Origin: the human T2T-CHM13v2.0 reference genome, Homo sapiens
DNA: 64,000 bases
Reading direction: 5' to 3' (one strand)
Assembly: GCF_009914755.1 (NCBI RefSeq)
Contig: NC_060934.1
Positions within the stretch are counted from its first letter, which is position 1. Every line of letters begins with the position of its first letter. Below, in pieces: positions 35,031 through 49,781 of this stretch. Both the position numbers and the translations under genes were made by a program. Below the pieces are notes generated by a model. The model made no database searches and was not told where the DNA came from. It saw only the letters and a list, made by a program, of their open reading frames with translations.

Positions 35031-37020
35031 ATGAAAAAGGAAAAGCTCCATTTCTGCCAGAACAATCTAGCTCTGACAGCACAGGAAGAGGGATTTCATG
35101 TGGAGGAGGTTGGTGCTCGGCCAATCTCTGAGGATCCTGCCTTTCCACCCTCCAGACCAGCAAGACAAACCCTGGTCTAAGGCTCTGGCTCCGGCAGGTG
35201 CGTCCATCACCAGCAGTTCCCTCAGTGCTTGGAGGACGTCCACCTGGCTGACAGTCCATCTCCACCTCCCCATGCAGTTGGGGGGCAGCAGGCTACCAGA
35301 TCCAAGACTTTCTCTGGACTCCTTTGGGAGTGGCCCAGAGGCTCTGAGGCTCCTTTTCCTCTGGATGCTGGGGGGCAGCTAGATGGCTCCAGGTGATAGA
35401 GGTGTCTCTCACACATGGTTGTTCCTTTGAGCTATGCTCCACTCCTTGGGATTCCAGAGAAAGGAAGCCTCCCTTCCACTTCCATCCCCCAAATCATACA
35501 CATATCCACAGGAATCAAGCAGCAGTCACTTCGTGCTGCTACTACTGGGAAAAGTCTTCCAGAATCAAATTAGCTTGAACTGGCCAACCTAGCCAGGAGC
35601 CCAGGCACACAGACATGAATAACCCGAGGATTCCAGGAAGAGGAACTGGAGGACGGTCAGCTCCCAGAGCAATGGCACCGAGGTTGGCAGTGCCTTCTGG
35701 CCCTGTCTGAGCAGGAACACATGTCTGCAGCTGGGAGCTCTGTGGATGGCCCTTGTACCACAGAGTCATATCAGGAGGCAGGAGGAGAAAAGGCCAGGTG
35801 GTGGCTTTAACCATGTGTGGTCCCAAGGGAGTGGTCCTCAGAGTGGCAGCTCATGGCACAAGTGACTGGCAAGGCCATGGTACAGAGCTGGGCAATCCTG
35901 GGCAGGCTGGGGCTGATGGCTTCGGCTGCTAGTACTTTTCCCCATTTACTCATCATACTGAAAAACAACTCAGCCCACTTGCGGTGAGCTCTGCCCTGCA
36001 TTTTTCACCTTTGAGCTATCATTCCAAGGAAGAAATACCAGCCCAGGAGGAAAGTTTTGGCCAAGTTCAAAGGGAAGGGCTTGGGGAATGGAAAGTCCTC
36101 TGAAACCTTGCTTAGACGGTGACTGCCTGACCCAGATTTTGCCTTTTCAAAAATATGCTTGGAGCTCAAAGGCCGGGTGTCATGCAGACATGGGCGTGAC
36201 AGAGTCACAGGGAAAACACATCAACCAGAGCACAGCTGGATCCTCACTCAGAGAAACCTCAAGCCTGAGCATTGGGCAGGACTCCAAAAGTCAGCCTGGC
36301 TGTCACATGTTTCTGCAGGGGCTTCTGAGGACACCCACAGAGGTGAGGCTTGAGCCCACCCAGTGTTCCTGGCTGGGTCTTCTCTTAGGGCCAGTTCCTG
36401 TCCAAACATGAGACTCCTCTCCCCTGTCCCCATCTCCTGGGTGTCTTATTTCCCACCCTCTGGCATGGATGCTGAGACCCAGGAGGTGACTCCAGGAGGT
36501 ACGCAGTGTGGCTACTCCACTGGGCGATGTTTCTGCTGCCTGGTCTATGTTGACAGGTGCTTCCCTAACTTGACACTCCTACAGGGATGGAGCTGGAGAA
36601 AACGGGCCAGTGCAAAATTGTACATGTGTCCTCCCCCAATGCCCCAACACATACACACTTTACTGGCATCTCTATGACAAAAAGAAAAGCCCCTACCCTT
36701 TCTGTTTCTAGCAGGGCAAGTGAGTTTGACCCAGTAAAAACAATGTCTGGTCTCATCCTCATCTGCTTCGAGGAGTTAATTCCTCACTATTCCCCCTGCC
36801 CCTGGAGGAAGGAGGGGAGGAAATGCTGAGACTGAAAGGGGTGAGCCTGTAGGCTAGCCTTTTCTGGTTCCCAGTCTCTAGAGTATGGTTGTTCAGCCCT
36901 GAATTACTTGGGCACAAGCTGGTGCCCAGTACCATGACAAGCTTGGGTGTCACCCCAACCCCAGCTACCTGGGGCCCCTGCAGTTCCATGATTTCCAAAG
37001 TGTCATGTCAAAGCAAACTT

Positions 37021-37315
37021 TATTTTATTATTTATTTAATAAATAATAAATAATGTCACCCGGGCTGAAGTGCAGTGGTGCAATCACTGCTCACTGCAGC
37101 CTCAGCCTCTGGGCTCAAGCGATCCTCCTACCTCAGCCTCCTGTGTAGCTGAGACTACAGGTGCATGCCACCACACCTGGCTAATGTTTAATTTTTTCAT
37201 AGAGATGGTGTCTCACTATGTTGCCCAGGCTGATCTCGAACTCCTGGACTCAAGTGATCCTCCTGCCTTGGTCTCCCAAAGAGCTGGGAATACAGGCATC
37301 AGCCACAGTGCCTGG
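37021..37315 (-). mobile_element. AluJ
   Basis: AluJ diagnostics gggctcaagcgatcctcct, tctcactatgttgcccaggct and ctcaagtgatcctcct. Confidence 0.9.
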
Positions 37316-37414
37316 ATAAGTCAAACCCTAGCTTCTTAGCTTTCATGCTGCACCCCTGGGCTTCTTTAATTCTCTCTCACCTGCTGTGGCCCCCCCGGCT
37401 GTAAAGCAGACTGC

Positions 37415-38030
37415 CAGATAGTGTCTCTCAGCCCAACCTCACTGTTCTATATTCTGCTTTGTAGTGCCTAGGCTGGGATGCTGCAAACCACACATTCCCT
37501 TTGCCAGCCGCTCGCTGGTAGGTGCTGCCAATGGGGAGGCCAGAAGGAAGCCAGAGGCAGGAGGAGGGAGTTGGGCCTGGCCCCTTCCTGATTTGCTTCT
37601 TGGTCCTGGCACCATTACCCAATGATTGTTCTCCATCCTGGCAGCAGGAGTCAGTTCCAGTTTCTAGCCGTTTTTGTTTTGTTTTGTTTTCACACTTCTA
37701 GAATCAGCCTCAGCCTCACTGTGCCTCCTCAGATATACCAGCCAGGCAGCACCCACCTCTTCGAAGTCTGGGTCCCAGCTCCACCCCCATCACAGGCAGC
37801 CCCTCCTCCCAGCTTATAGGTTCTAATAACCCCTCCCTTCCCTTTATTCCTGCACTGGGGGTGCTAGCTACTTTTTGTAGTTATTTACTCTGTTACCTCA
37901 ATGTGCCCCTCACTTCTTTTTTTGCCTTTTCAGCCATCCAGTACAGGTTTAACCAATTCTCCAGATTAAATTCTCTCTGTTAAAATAACTGCTGTGGTTT
38001 CTGTTTTCCTGACCAGACACTGACTGATAC
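37415..38030 (+). mobile_element. LTR33-like ERVL solo LTR
   Basis: 3' end attaaattctctctgttaaaataactgctgtggtttctgttttcctgaccagacactgactgataca. Confidence 0.7.
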
Positions 38031-39464
38031 AGACCCCACGGCTGCCAAACAGGCTGCATGAGGAAGCTGTAATTTACCATCTGTTTTTCCTCCTTCAAAG
38101 GAGTAGGTGGCTTCCAGCTTACCCAGTTACTACACTGCATCGAGGTCATTCCAGCCCAAAGCAAAAAACCCTGAAACCTCGGTCAGCCTGTGTAACCTGA
38201 TCCTGGGCAAAGTTATGGTTCCTTTCTGTCCTTATTGGTGACTCCTTTTTTGCAGATTTCCTCGAGATCCCTGCAGGAGAGGGAGGAAGGCCATGATGGG
38301 AGTGACTGGCCTCGGGTCTCCTTAGGCTTGTAGAACCCTCTGCTCCCCAAATGGCTATGAGGCACCCCTCCAGGCTCCCAATCTCCATGGCTCCCTCCCA
38401 GGTTGCCCCTGCCCCTTGGTGCTCACCTCTCTCCTCCTAACTGGTTACCAGGGGATGGTCTCCATGTTTCTGAGTAGGCAGGGTCCCCACAGGGCCCAGA
38501 CTGGGAGTACAGAGGAGATTCCAACACATGCAACAGTTAGGGTTGAGCTTTTCCCAACTCAGTGGCAACATCCCTCACAGATCCTCAGAGCTGGAAGAGA
38601 ACCCAGAGATCAACTATCCCCACCCTGCCATTCTGCTAAAGAAACCAGAGCCCACAGGGGTTAGGCAGCTTGTCTAAGGTTACACAGCTTGCAGAGGCAA
38701 GTCTATGGCTAAAGACAAAACCCCTGTCTCTGGAGAGCTCCCAGCTCTTCCCAGGAGCCATGCTGAGATCACTCAGTCTACAAGTCTCTGCAGGCCAGCA
38801 GAGGTCACTTGTTTCTGCCCAGCATCCTCTCCTAGATTTCCTGAGAAGTGGGGAGAGCGCTTTGCTTCCCCTGACTTAGCTCTGAGCTTCCTCTGAGTTC
38901 CCTGACCCCTCAAGCTCTTTCTTATCTCTATTTCTGGTCCAGCTCTCTGATTCTCTGCCTGTCCTAACTGCCCTTCCCGACCCAGCCCCAAAGGTTTTCT
39001 GCCCCTCTTAGGGGGTTGGGCTCTCACTTTCCCATTACCAATGGACCTTAGTAGTCAGTCCTGCCTGTTGGATTATGTGAACACTGGCTTCATGTAGGGT
39101 ACACCCCTGGAATCACAGGCAAGTCCCAGCCCCACTGCCCCAAGGCATTGATTGAGCTGCCTCTCATGAAAACCCTGTTTTTCTCAAATTGCAGGTCTGT
39201 AAGTACCATCTTCTGAGCATTCTTGGGAAGGTGGGGCAACATCCTTAAAAGTCCAGACATGATTGCTCTATTGATCAGCCCAGGTTACTCCCCAAAGCCT
39301 TTTTCTCTGGCGGATTTGTCTGTGCAAAAGAAAGGAAAGACATTGTATCCCTTTGAGTGGTGGAAGCAGAGCCAGTTCTGAGAAATCACATCTGAAGCTG
39401 TCACCCCAGGCACAACATAACAGAACCTCAACTTATGTTTGTGGTGCGAGGCAGTTTGCTTTAG

Positions 39465-39640
39465 TTCAGGGGCTCTCATGTCTGATGTAAATCAAAATCA
39501 CCTGGGAAGCTGTTTAAAAATAAGTTCCTGCCCCCACCCCTGAACTTTGAAAACAGAGGCCCTGGGGGTGGGGGTCTAAGGATCTGTGTATTTTAAAACA
39601 CTCTCTGAATGATTCTGTTGCTCAGCCAAGTTGAGAAGCC
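39465..39640. mobile_element. MER5-family relic
   Basis: aatcacctgggaagctgtttaaaaa...atctgtgtattttaaaacactctc...gattctg...agttgagaa. Confidence 0.6.
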
Positions 39641-40157
39641 CTGCCTCGACAGGTAACAGAGTATACAGGAAGGCTGCTAGCACATTTTGGTAGAAAAAAG
39701 CATGCAGTGAAGGGTCTGAAGTGCATGGAGAATGAGGTTGTATAGTTAAAACCTTGGAGGCTGAACATTTGTCCTAGAACAGGCTGTGTGGGGACAGATA
39801 CTGGGCTCATCTCTCTTTGCATGAGTAGTCTTTCTTGGTCAGGAGTGTCTCTTTCAGGGTCATGCCACCTCTGGAACATAGACTGAGAAACCAAGAGACC
39901 TGTCACTCTGGCATCCTCCCCTGCCAGGGACACTGGGTGACTGGGACTGCACACACCTTTGAGGACTTTTATGTAAATAGGACGTCTGCAGTGTTTCCCA
40001 TTATGGCCCCCATGCAGTGAGAGTTATCGAATGGCATTGGTAGGTCCCACTTTGACAGGGACCGTTAGCTTTTTATTCCGCATGAGTCTGATGACAAGAA
40101 AAATACATTTAAAAAATATGTGACTGAAGCATCTTTGCCGCTATCACTTCTAAAGTT

Positions 40158-40158
<1 letters not shown>

Positions 40159-40201
<43 letters not shown>

Positions 40202-40208
40202 ATCTATC

Positions 40209-40262
<54 letters not shown>

Positions 40263-40308
40263 ATCTATCTGTCATCTATCCATCTATCTATCATCTATCT
40301 GTCTATCC
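40159..40308. repeat. Compound (TATC)n tetranucleotide STR
   Basis: Two near-perfect TATC runs of about 10 units each, followed by a degenerate tail. Confidence 0.95.
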
Positions 40309-43300
40309 TACAATAATTTAACAATTTTTATACATGGATCAGCATTGGAAGGTGGTTTGCACTGGGAGTTAAAGTGACTTTGTTGGACGTCTGTTCATCT
40401 GTCTTCCCTGGGAATGGCTCCCCTGCTCAGTAGCCACATTCCTGCTGGGTGACCTGTGAAGTCTGGCCTGTTTGCACCAGGGGTGATTCCAAACAGGCTC
40501 AATCAGATTTTCTCTTCCAATAAATTGGAGTTGGGACTGAGAAAATGAAGCTGATCTTGTCCAGTGTCTGTTCTGGCTCTACAATGTGATACTCATGAAC
40601 AACGGAGAGCACAATGGGCTGAGAGGATGGAAGAACAGAGACAACTGACCTACAGAGGGAATAAGGAGACCCTGGGGAACGGTGGTCATTCCCAGGGAAG
40701 ATAGATGAACACATGTCCAACAAAGTTACTTTAACTCCCAGTACAAACCACTTTCAAATGCTGATCCATGCCTAAAAGTTGTTAAGTTGTTGTATGATAG
40801 ACAGATAATATATAGATGATAGACAGATGATAGATAGATAGATAGGAGATGGTGAAGGGGCCTGGTGACCTTACAGCTCCTAGTTTACAGCCCTACTGAG
40901 GGGTGGGACACTCATGTTCTTGGCTTCCATAAGACACCACCATGTCCTAAGTCAAGCCCCATTTTATTTTACATAAACCCACACCCGTATTTTGTTACTT
41001 GCAGCCATTGAGCCCTAACTCATGAACAGGAAGAGGGCCCACCAATCCAGAGATTGGAAGGCTACAAGAGCAGCTTAGGCAGAGCATTGAGGCTATAATG
41101 GATATTAATGTTAGGATTTTCTTTTTGAGCACCTACTACATGCCAGACACAAGATAAGTATTTTATATTCACCAACCTTTTAAATCTCCTCAACAACCTT
41201 GAAGGGCAAATGTTATTATCTTACCTTACAGAAAAGGGACTGAGGCTCAAGGAGAAGACACACCTTTCTCAACTCACATAATGAAGGATAGAACGGAGAC
41301 TCAGACCCAGGTCTGCATGATTTGACAACCTATCTTCTTTACACCACGCTGCTTTTCTGTGTGGTGTAAGACTGAAGCGGATGCGGATGCTGGCAGGCTG
41401 TTAATATTAGATGTGGCTGGCGTATGGAGGACAAAATCCAGGAAAGCAGAAGCGGCAGACCCAGCTCAAGGTCTGAGGGTCCACTGGGTCCAAGAGTATC
41501 GAGCAGAGCCTGTCCAGTACCCTGGAGAGCTCCCAAGAAGCAACAGAGACTACATACATTTGCTCCTCGGAGACACAGGCCTGCCTGGCAGCTCCACCTC
41601 TGGAGGCTGGAGGGAGGGATTATTCACACACATGAGGAGGGGTTATTCCCTGGAACCCCGGGATTATCTTGGATCATCTCCTTTCCTCCCCCCCAGCCCA
41701 ACCCCACTGTATGTTTTTCTCCGCATCAGCTTTGGAGAGGGAACGCTGTCTTAGGGTGCCCATGTCTTCACATCCAGAGTTGAAAATAACTTAAGCGGTC
41801 TCTTTCAAACCAGCCCACCTTTTCATAGATGAAGCAACTGGTAAATGTGATCTGTTAATCATGCCAGCTCTCCTTTGGCAATGTAAAAACCAAACTGACT
41901 GCTTTGCATAATAAAAGGTTAAAATTATGAGCCGTACAGGGAACAAATAAAGCTTAATCATTCAGGCTCGAAATGTGCGACCGAAGCTTCTTGCTCTTGC
42001 CTTTCACTTTTGCTCCTTCGTCGCATGTCTGACCTCAACTACAGCTGTTTATTTTTAATCCGCGTTTCCCCAAAATAGATATTAATAATTTTCCTGCAGC
42101 TTTTCTGGCAACGCCCTCTACATCGACCAAGAGCAACGATATTTCTTTAACTATATGCATTTGGGGTTTTCTTTGACACCATAAATGGATCTTTTGCTTG
42201 GTATTTAAGTTGACTCTTTGTGGGAAATGTTGGCCAGTTCAGACTTCCTTAATAAGTTCTTCATGACTGCATTTGTGATGACGTTAATGAAATCATTCTG
42301 AATATCAGTGGGCAGATAATGAGCCCAGAGGCAGAGACCAGGGCGAGGGTCCAGATGGAGGGAGGAGTGGGGTTACTGAGGAGAAGCGGGGGCAAAGTGG
42401 TCTTTCTGGTTCCTAAAGCAAGGTGATATAAATTCAAAACCCCTAGAGCCTGACTTTTCTCCCTCCATTTGGAGAGGTTTTGGAGGGGGATATCCAGGAG
42501 TTTAATGGTTCTGTCCCCAGCCTGTGTAAGAGAATGAGACTCAAGACTGTTCTCCTCCTGGAAGAGAAGCAAGCTAGGACGTTTCCTTCCACACTCATGG
42601 AGAGAGCAGGGCCTTGATGCTCTTTGGATGCACTTGGCTTTGTGCCCCTCTTTCTTGTTCTCCCTGCAGACCCCCATGCTGGCCTACCTCCCTATCCCTG
42701 ACCCCAGCACCCCACACCTACACTGCCAGGAGGAGCGCCCAGCCTCCCACCTCACTCTTCCCTTTTCAATAGGTGTTGGCCTGGGCTCCTGTTCCTGCGG
42801 CCTCTGGCCATTCTCTTGTACTGGGGAGGGTGCAGAAGGTACCAGGGGCCCCTCTCAGGTCTCAGGGCTTCATCAGTCTACTCCCTGAGTCTCTAGGTGA
42901 CTGTGGGCTATCTATTCTGGGCCAAGCCAACTATCCAGAGAATGGAAGGGAAAAGTCAAAGGTCTTGATGGGGCCGTGTTGGAGGGATCTGAGATGAGAG
43001 GCAGAAAGAGGCACTGTCCCCCATCCAGGCTGCCACATTCAGATGATGCATTGCACAGCGTGGAGGCCCCATTCATGTCTTATACGCTGCAGATGTGTAA
43101 GTGAATGATGACAGGTTCCCGGCAATCAGGCATCTTATACTAACAAAATCAATACATGACAGCACTTTTTCAACAATTGGAAGTAAAGGATGTTGTGGAA
43201 GGGGAATCTTTCTCTACTTTGCCTAAAGATGCTGTATAGGCTGGGGTGACCCTCTATTTGGGAACCCCATAAATTCTGAGGGACTTTCTGCATCACATAC

Positions 43301-44712
43301 GAAGTAAATCTCATTCTATCAGTTTTGCCTCCCTGCCCCAAATGGGAAACTACACTGGTTTCCAAAGCTTCCATTCAGGGTAGGGAAAATAGGAGCCATA
43401 GACTGGGCACCTGAGTGCTCTTGAAACAGTCATGTGACTGCTCAAATCTCAGCTGTTCATCTGTATGTAGACTGTGGTGGCTGTTATACCCATTGACCTT
43501 AACTCCTGGGGACATTAGGAGGTGCAGGCGGAGAAATGATGCCCATGTGCTTTGGAATCTAAGACATGGAGTTGTTTAAAACCTCTGACACCATAAGATA
43601 CACAAGGCTGCAGCAGGGGACAGCTCATTCCTCGCCCCGGCAAACAGCAGTTCCATTTCATCCTAGACATTCCAAAGCTGCTGGAATAACAGTCTGCTCT
43701 TCAGAAGGGCCATTCAATAGCTGTGGCCCTACCTGGCCCCGCTGGCTCTTCCCATAAGAAAACAAACAGGAAGGCAAGTTGGCAGTAAACAGAGTGGGAC
43801 CAGGGGCCAACAGGCAGCCTCAGAGGGTGCTGTTGAGCCAGATGTGGAAGTGTTCCTGTAGGCAAGAGATGACCCGGCTGAGCAGCCCAGTCAACAAGTC
43901 CCCCAGGGAGGTCACTGGGAGGCCGGGAGCTATGGCTTTGCCTCACAGTGGGCTCAGAGAGCATTTCCTCCTCTCTGCCAGATGCCAGGTGACAGTATGG
44001 CTCACGTGTGGGTTTGTGTCCACCTTGGCCCTGTCCCTGGAGCCTGGAGCTCTCAGGTCAACCCCAGGCAGCTTGGTTAAACAACTTCTTTTCCACCTGG
44101 GAGCGGGGCGTGCCCCAGCCCGACCCCGTGGTCCCAGCTCCCAGACAGCTGGTCTCCCAGCTGGAGCCTGCAAAGGTGCCAGAGCAGCAGAACCACTCAA
44201 GCAATTGATTTGAAATAGAGGCTTGGAGGTTATGCGTATCCCATATGTACCCCCCAACCCACCCCACAAGCTGTTCCCTGTAGCCAAACATCTCAGCTCA
44301 GGGGAGTGCAAAGCTGATAAAAATAGATTTTAGCCAGAGCGGCAGAAATGGGAGGAGGGGACAGAGGCTCAGCAACCCCCTCCTTCCTGAAAAATCGCAC
44401 AGGCCATGTGCTCTACCCTGGGTGAGGGGCTGGTGCTCCTTACCATCTTCCATCTCCAAAACCTCTGTGTGACAGTACCCAGACCAGTGTCCTCATGCAG
44501 GGAAGGGCAGCAGGGGGAAGAGGCTCGTGTCCAGAGGGAGGGGTATGTCATCACTTAATAGAGGATGAGAGCTTGGTTGTCAGGAATAATAATAGTGATC
44601 ATGGTAATAATAGTAGTAATAGCTAACATTTATTGAGTGCTGGCTATAATATTAGGTACTGCTATATGTATTATTTAATTTACTCCTCCTAGCACAAGTG
44701 TAACAGTTATGG

Positions 44713-45058
44713 TGTCACAGTCAGTTTGGGTTACCATAAAAAGATACCGTAGACTGTGGGACGGGGGTTGAGGGCTTATACACTTAGTTCTCAAGGTTGG
44801 AGGGTGCCAGCATATCAAGTTCTGGTGAGCATTCTCTTCTGGATTGTGGACAGCTGACTTCCCATTGTGTCCTCACATGGTGGAAAGAGTGAGACAGCTC
44901 TCTGGGGTGCCTTAGAGAAAGGCATTTGTCCCATTCACAAGGGCTCCACCCTCATGACATAATCACATCCCAAAGTCCCCACCTCCTAATACCTTCACAC
45001 TGGGGGTTAGAATTTCAGCAGATGAATTTGAGGGGAAACAAACATTCAGTCTACTGCA
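44713..45058 (-). mobile_element. MLT1A-like MaLR LTR nested in a MIR (MIR about 44600-45170)
   Basis: gtgtcctcacatggtggaa...gggctccaccctcatgac...ccacctcctaatacc...aacattcagtctactgca. MIR halves lie on both sides. Confidence 0.82.
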
Positions 45059-47543
45059 TTTTATCAGCTCTATTTCCCAGATGAGAAACCAAAGCTGAAA
45101 GAGAGTGAGTCCTGCCTGAAGCCACCCAGCTGGTCTGTAGCAATGCCAGAATTCAAACGCAGGCCTGTCCAATAGTAAAGCTCACATGCCTAGCCATGGG
45201 GCTGTGTGGGAAGTGGACCTGCCTGTGGGGCTTGTGGATCCAAGCTGTGCAGAAGAGAAGTTGACCAGCCAAGGACTCTGGGGAACAAGGGCACAGGGAT
45301 AGACAGGTGCTGGTGGCTCAGACAGATGTTCAGTATCTGAGAGGGTGCCCTCGAGAAATAGCCTGGGGTATGGTCCTAGCAGATGTGCCTCATGCCCCAG
45401 GAGTCTGGGGAGTTGGGGAAGGCTGGGCAGGTGATGCCTGGTGGGAGGGTGAAATAGGTGATCCAGCAAGCAGGTGGCCGGCTCGGGGAAAGGTTCCAAT
45501 GCGGTGACCCCCAGCCTTCCATTCAAGGGCTCTTCTGAAGGCTTCAGGGGCTTCTACAGATTTAGAACCCCAGGTCTGCCCAAAGAGACTCTTTGGGGAG
45601 GGGGCTTGGGAATTTGTTTTATACAAGCTCCTTGGATGATCCTGTCAGATGCTCCAGGGACCACACTGCCAGAAGCTCTAGCCAGGAGAAGTGATGAGAG
45701 CAGGGCAGGCCCCAGGGTCAGAGACAATGGGGCTGCAGGGGAGGCAGTCAAGCCTGAGCTCAGGCAGCAGGAGGTGAGGTGGGGGCTGGCCACAAAGGCA
45801 GACACTGGCTGCCAAGAGGAGACTCCAGTTGGGTGGAGTGAGGGCTTCAGATTCTTCCATGTAGGGCTGATGGGGCACAAGTTAGGATTCAGGCTTAAAG
45901 CAGTGGGAATGAGAGGAATCTTCTCATTTCCCTGCTTACAACTTTATAGGGACTTCCTGCACACTTACAATAAGTGCAAACTCCTTCCGTGGCTATTAAG
46001 ACTGCATGGTGGAGCTCTTGGCCATCTGACCTCACCCCTCCAGCTTCCCCATCCTTATTAGGCTCTATGCACATTGCTGATCTTACCTCTGAGCCTCCGA
46101 ACATTCTGGTCCTTTTGCCCTGATGGGTTTCCTCTCAAGTGTGATGGTGTTTTCTAGAGGAATTTCCTCAGACAGACTTTGGACCCCGCTCTGAGATTGA
46201 CACCCTCCCCCTCTACCCCAACAATTATTTTCCGTCTCAGCCCCTTGCTGCTTTCTTGCAGGGTTCTCACCAATATTCATAATGTTTTGCCCCCACTGCT
46301 CCCAATAGAGTATGCACTCCATGAGGTCGGGAACATATCAGTCTTGTTTACCTGTGTATCCAAGTACCTGCCACTTGGTTGGTACCTGATTGTATTTGGG
46401 ATGGGAGGATGTGGGGAAACTGCAAGCCTTCAGGAAAATCTCTTTGGACACTTTCTGAAACATTTTCTTTTACACCAACAGTGATGGGAAAGTAGGGAAA
46501 ATCCACATCACCTCTGGTTTTGTTGTCCAGGTCTGAAAAAGATGATGGGGTGGGGAAGAGGAGGTAAGTTCTCTGTCTTGCTGAAAAAGGTAAAATAAAT
46601 AAATACAATAACAATTGACAGGTTATCCTTCTTCAAGGCTTTGCTTCAAATGCCACCTCCTCCAGGAAGGCCTTCCTGATCACCACCTGCATTAGGCAGT
46701 TGGGCGTGATGTCTCCCTCCTCTGAATTTGTGCTCCCCCTTTGATGTGTCTTCTGTGGTGCTTATCACACACTGCCTGGATTGTGCTGGTTGTGTGTGCA
46801 TGTCTCATGTGTTATATATGTGTCTGGATTCATCAGGATGCTTTTGATTGCAAATGACAGAAACTCAACTCAACTAGCTTAACCCATGAGAAATTTATCA
46901 ACTCATGTAGCTAGGAAGAAAGAGGTGGTGCTAGCAGCAGAGGAGCTGGATGGATCTGGGGCAACTCTGATGAGAGCCTCTCTCTCTCTCTTTTTCTACC
47001 TCTTCTTTTCCCTGTTCCCCATCACTTCACCTCCCAGCTTTTCTCATTGTCTTCCATCCAACGGTTCTCTATGTGGGTAGGGAATATGACCACTGCCCAG
47101 CTCCAGGCTTATCACATCATTGGTCACTATCCATGGCAGATGAGCCTGTCTCCCAGTCCTCATGGCAGATCTCATGGAAGTGTCCCAATTGGCCCTGCTT
47201 GTTCATATGCCCAGCCCTTTGGCCAATCACTCTGAATGGGAAAGGGGATTGACAAAGCCTTGTTACGTGTCCATCCTCTTAGCCAGGGCACAGACCACTG
47301 TGATTGGCAACCTCACTAGAATCATAATTAGAGAGACGGAGGAGTAGTTGCCAAAAGAAAGGAACATGAGAAAGGGGTGCTGGGCAGATAAACATCATAG
47401 AAGTTTACTAACTTATAACGGCTTCTTTTTTTAAAGTGTCTACGTGTTAGACTTGTTGTAAGACCTTTTCCATAAGCTATTTCTAATCCCTTTAATTGCC
47501 AGTGAAGGTGGGTGTGTTAGGCTGTTCTTGTGTTGCTATAAAG

Positions 47544-47738
47544 CAAGCTTGTCCAACCCACGGCCCATGGATGGCTTTGAATAGAGCCCAACACAAATTC
47601 ATAAACTTTCTGGGCAGTTTTATTTTTTATTTTTTTTTAGCTCATCAGCTATTGTTAGTGTTTGTGTGTTTTATGTGTGGCCCAAGACTATTCTTCTTCC
47701 ACTGTGGCCCCAGGAAGCCAAACGATTAGACACCCCTG
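47544..47738 (-). mobile_element. MER30 nested in the MST LTR
   Basis: caagcttgtccaacc...gacacccctg termini. 8-bp TSD ctataaag / ttataaag. Confidence 0.9.
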
Positions 47739-47782
47739 TTATAAAGAAATACCAGAGACTGGGTAATTTATAAAGAGAAGAG

Positions 47783-48321
<539 letters not shown>

Positions 48322-48666
48322 TTAAACCATTCATGAGAAATCTACCCCCTATCCAGATACCTCCCACCAGTTCTCACCTCCAACACTGGGGACTGCATCT
48401 CAACATGAGATTTCACGGGCACATATATTCAAATTAAATCAGTGGGTAAATTAAGTTCAGAGAGGCTAACTTGCCCAAGCCACACAGCTAGTAAGTGGCT
48501 AGTCCAGGATTCAAACATGGGTGTGTTTATCTCCAAAGCCCAAGCTTGGGTGTGTTTATCTCTAAGGCTCAAGCTTGTTCCACCACACTGTCATTCCTGG
48601 AGACAGAGATGATCTATTACTAGAAGTAAACAGATGGATAATCTCACATATTCTTACTTGGGAATT

Positions 48667-49020
48667 GTATCAGTCAGGATAGGCTTGGTTAAGATACAGT
48701 AACAAACAGCCCCCAATCTCAGTGGCTTAAAAACCACGGTTTTCTTTCTTACTCAGTCGACATGTCCATGACAGCTCAATAAGAGAGCTGTGTTCATCAC
48801 AGCAGCTCAGGGATCTGGGCTGCAGGAAGAGCCACGATTTGTAATGTTGCCAATCACCATGCCAGAGGGAAGAGGAGCTCTGGAGGGCCCAGAACCTTCC
48901 ACTCACGAGTCACTGGACATAAGTAGCCACGCAAACTTGATCCACCACAGGGGCCCCAAAAAGTACAAATCTGCCACGAACCCAGAAAGAGGAAAACCAG
49001 AAAGATTTAGAGAACAACCC
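48667..49020 (-). mobile_element. Old MLT1-family LTR relic
   Basis: tgtatcagtcaggatagg...gtaacaaacagcccccaatctcagtggcttaaa. Confidence 0.6.
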
Positions 49021-49459
49021 TAATAAACTTTTAAAAACCATTTTGTATTTTTTGTGGTATGAAATAGAGTGATTTTTAAATGTAATAGTTTCATTTTAGA
49101 TCAGTATATTATGATCAATTATATTTTAAGGTATATTTTAATCACTCTTTAATTATAACCATAATGTATAGAGACGAATTTGGGCATTTTCATCACTGAG
49201 GAGGTGATAAATGCTATTTAATTTAATCATGCAAAAAAGTGATTTGTTGACAAATTTTAATTTGATATATGTTTCATTTGAGGACCAAATGTATTTTAAA
49301 ATGAATGTTGTAATTATAACTTGCAGCATAACAATGTTTTTTAGGACCTCATATTTGAACTTAATGAAAATTTTGTATTTCAAAAAGCAAGATTTTTTTT
49401 TTTTGATGTAAAGGATTTTCTCCCACTGGATATTGAGATTAAGGGTATGAAACCACTAT

Positions 49460-49781
<322 letters not shown>

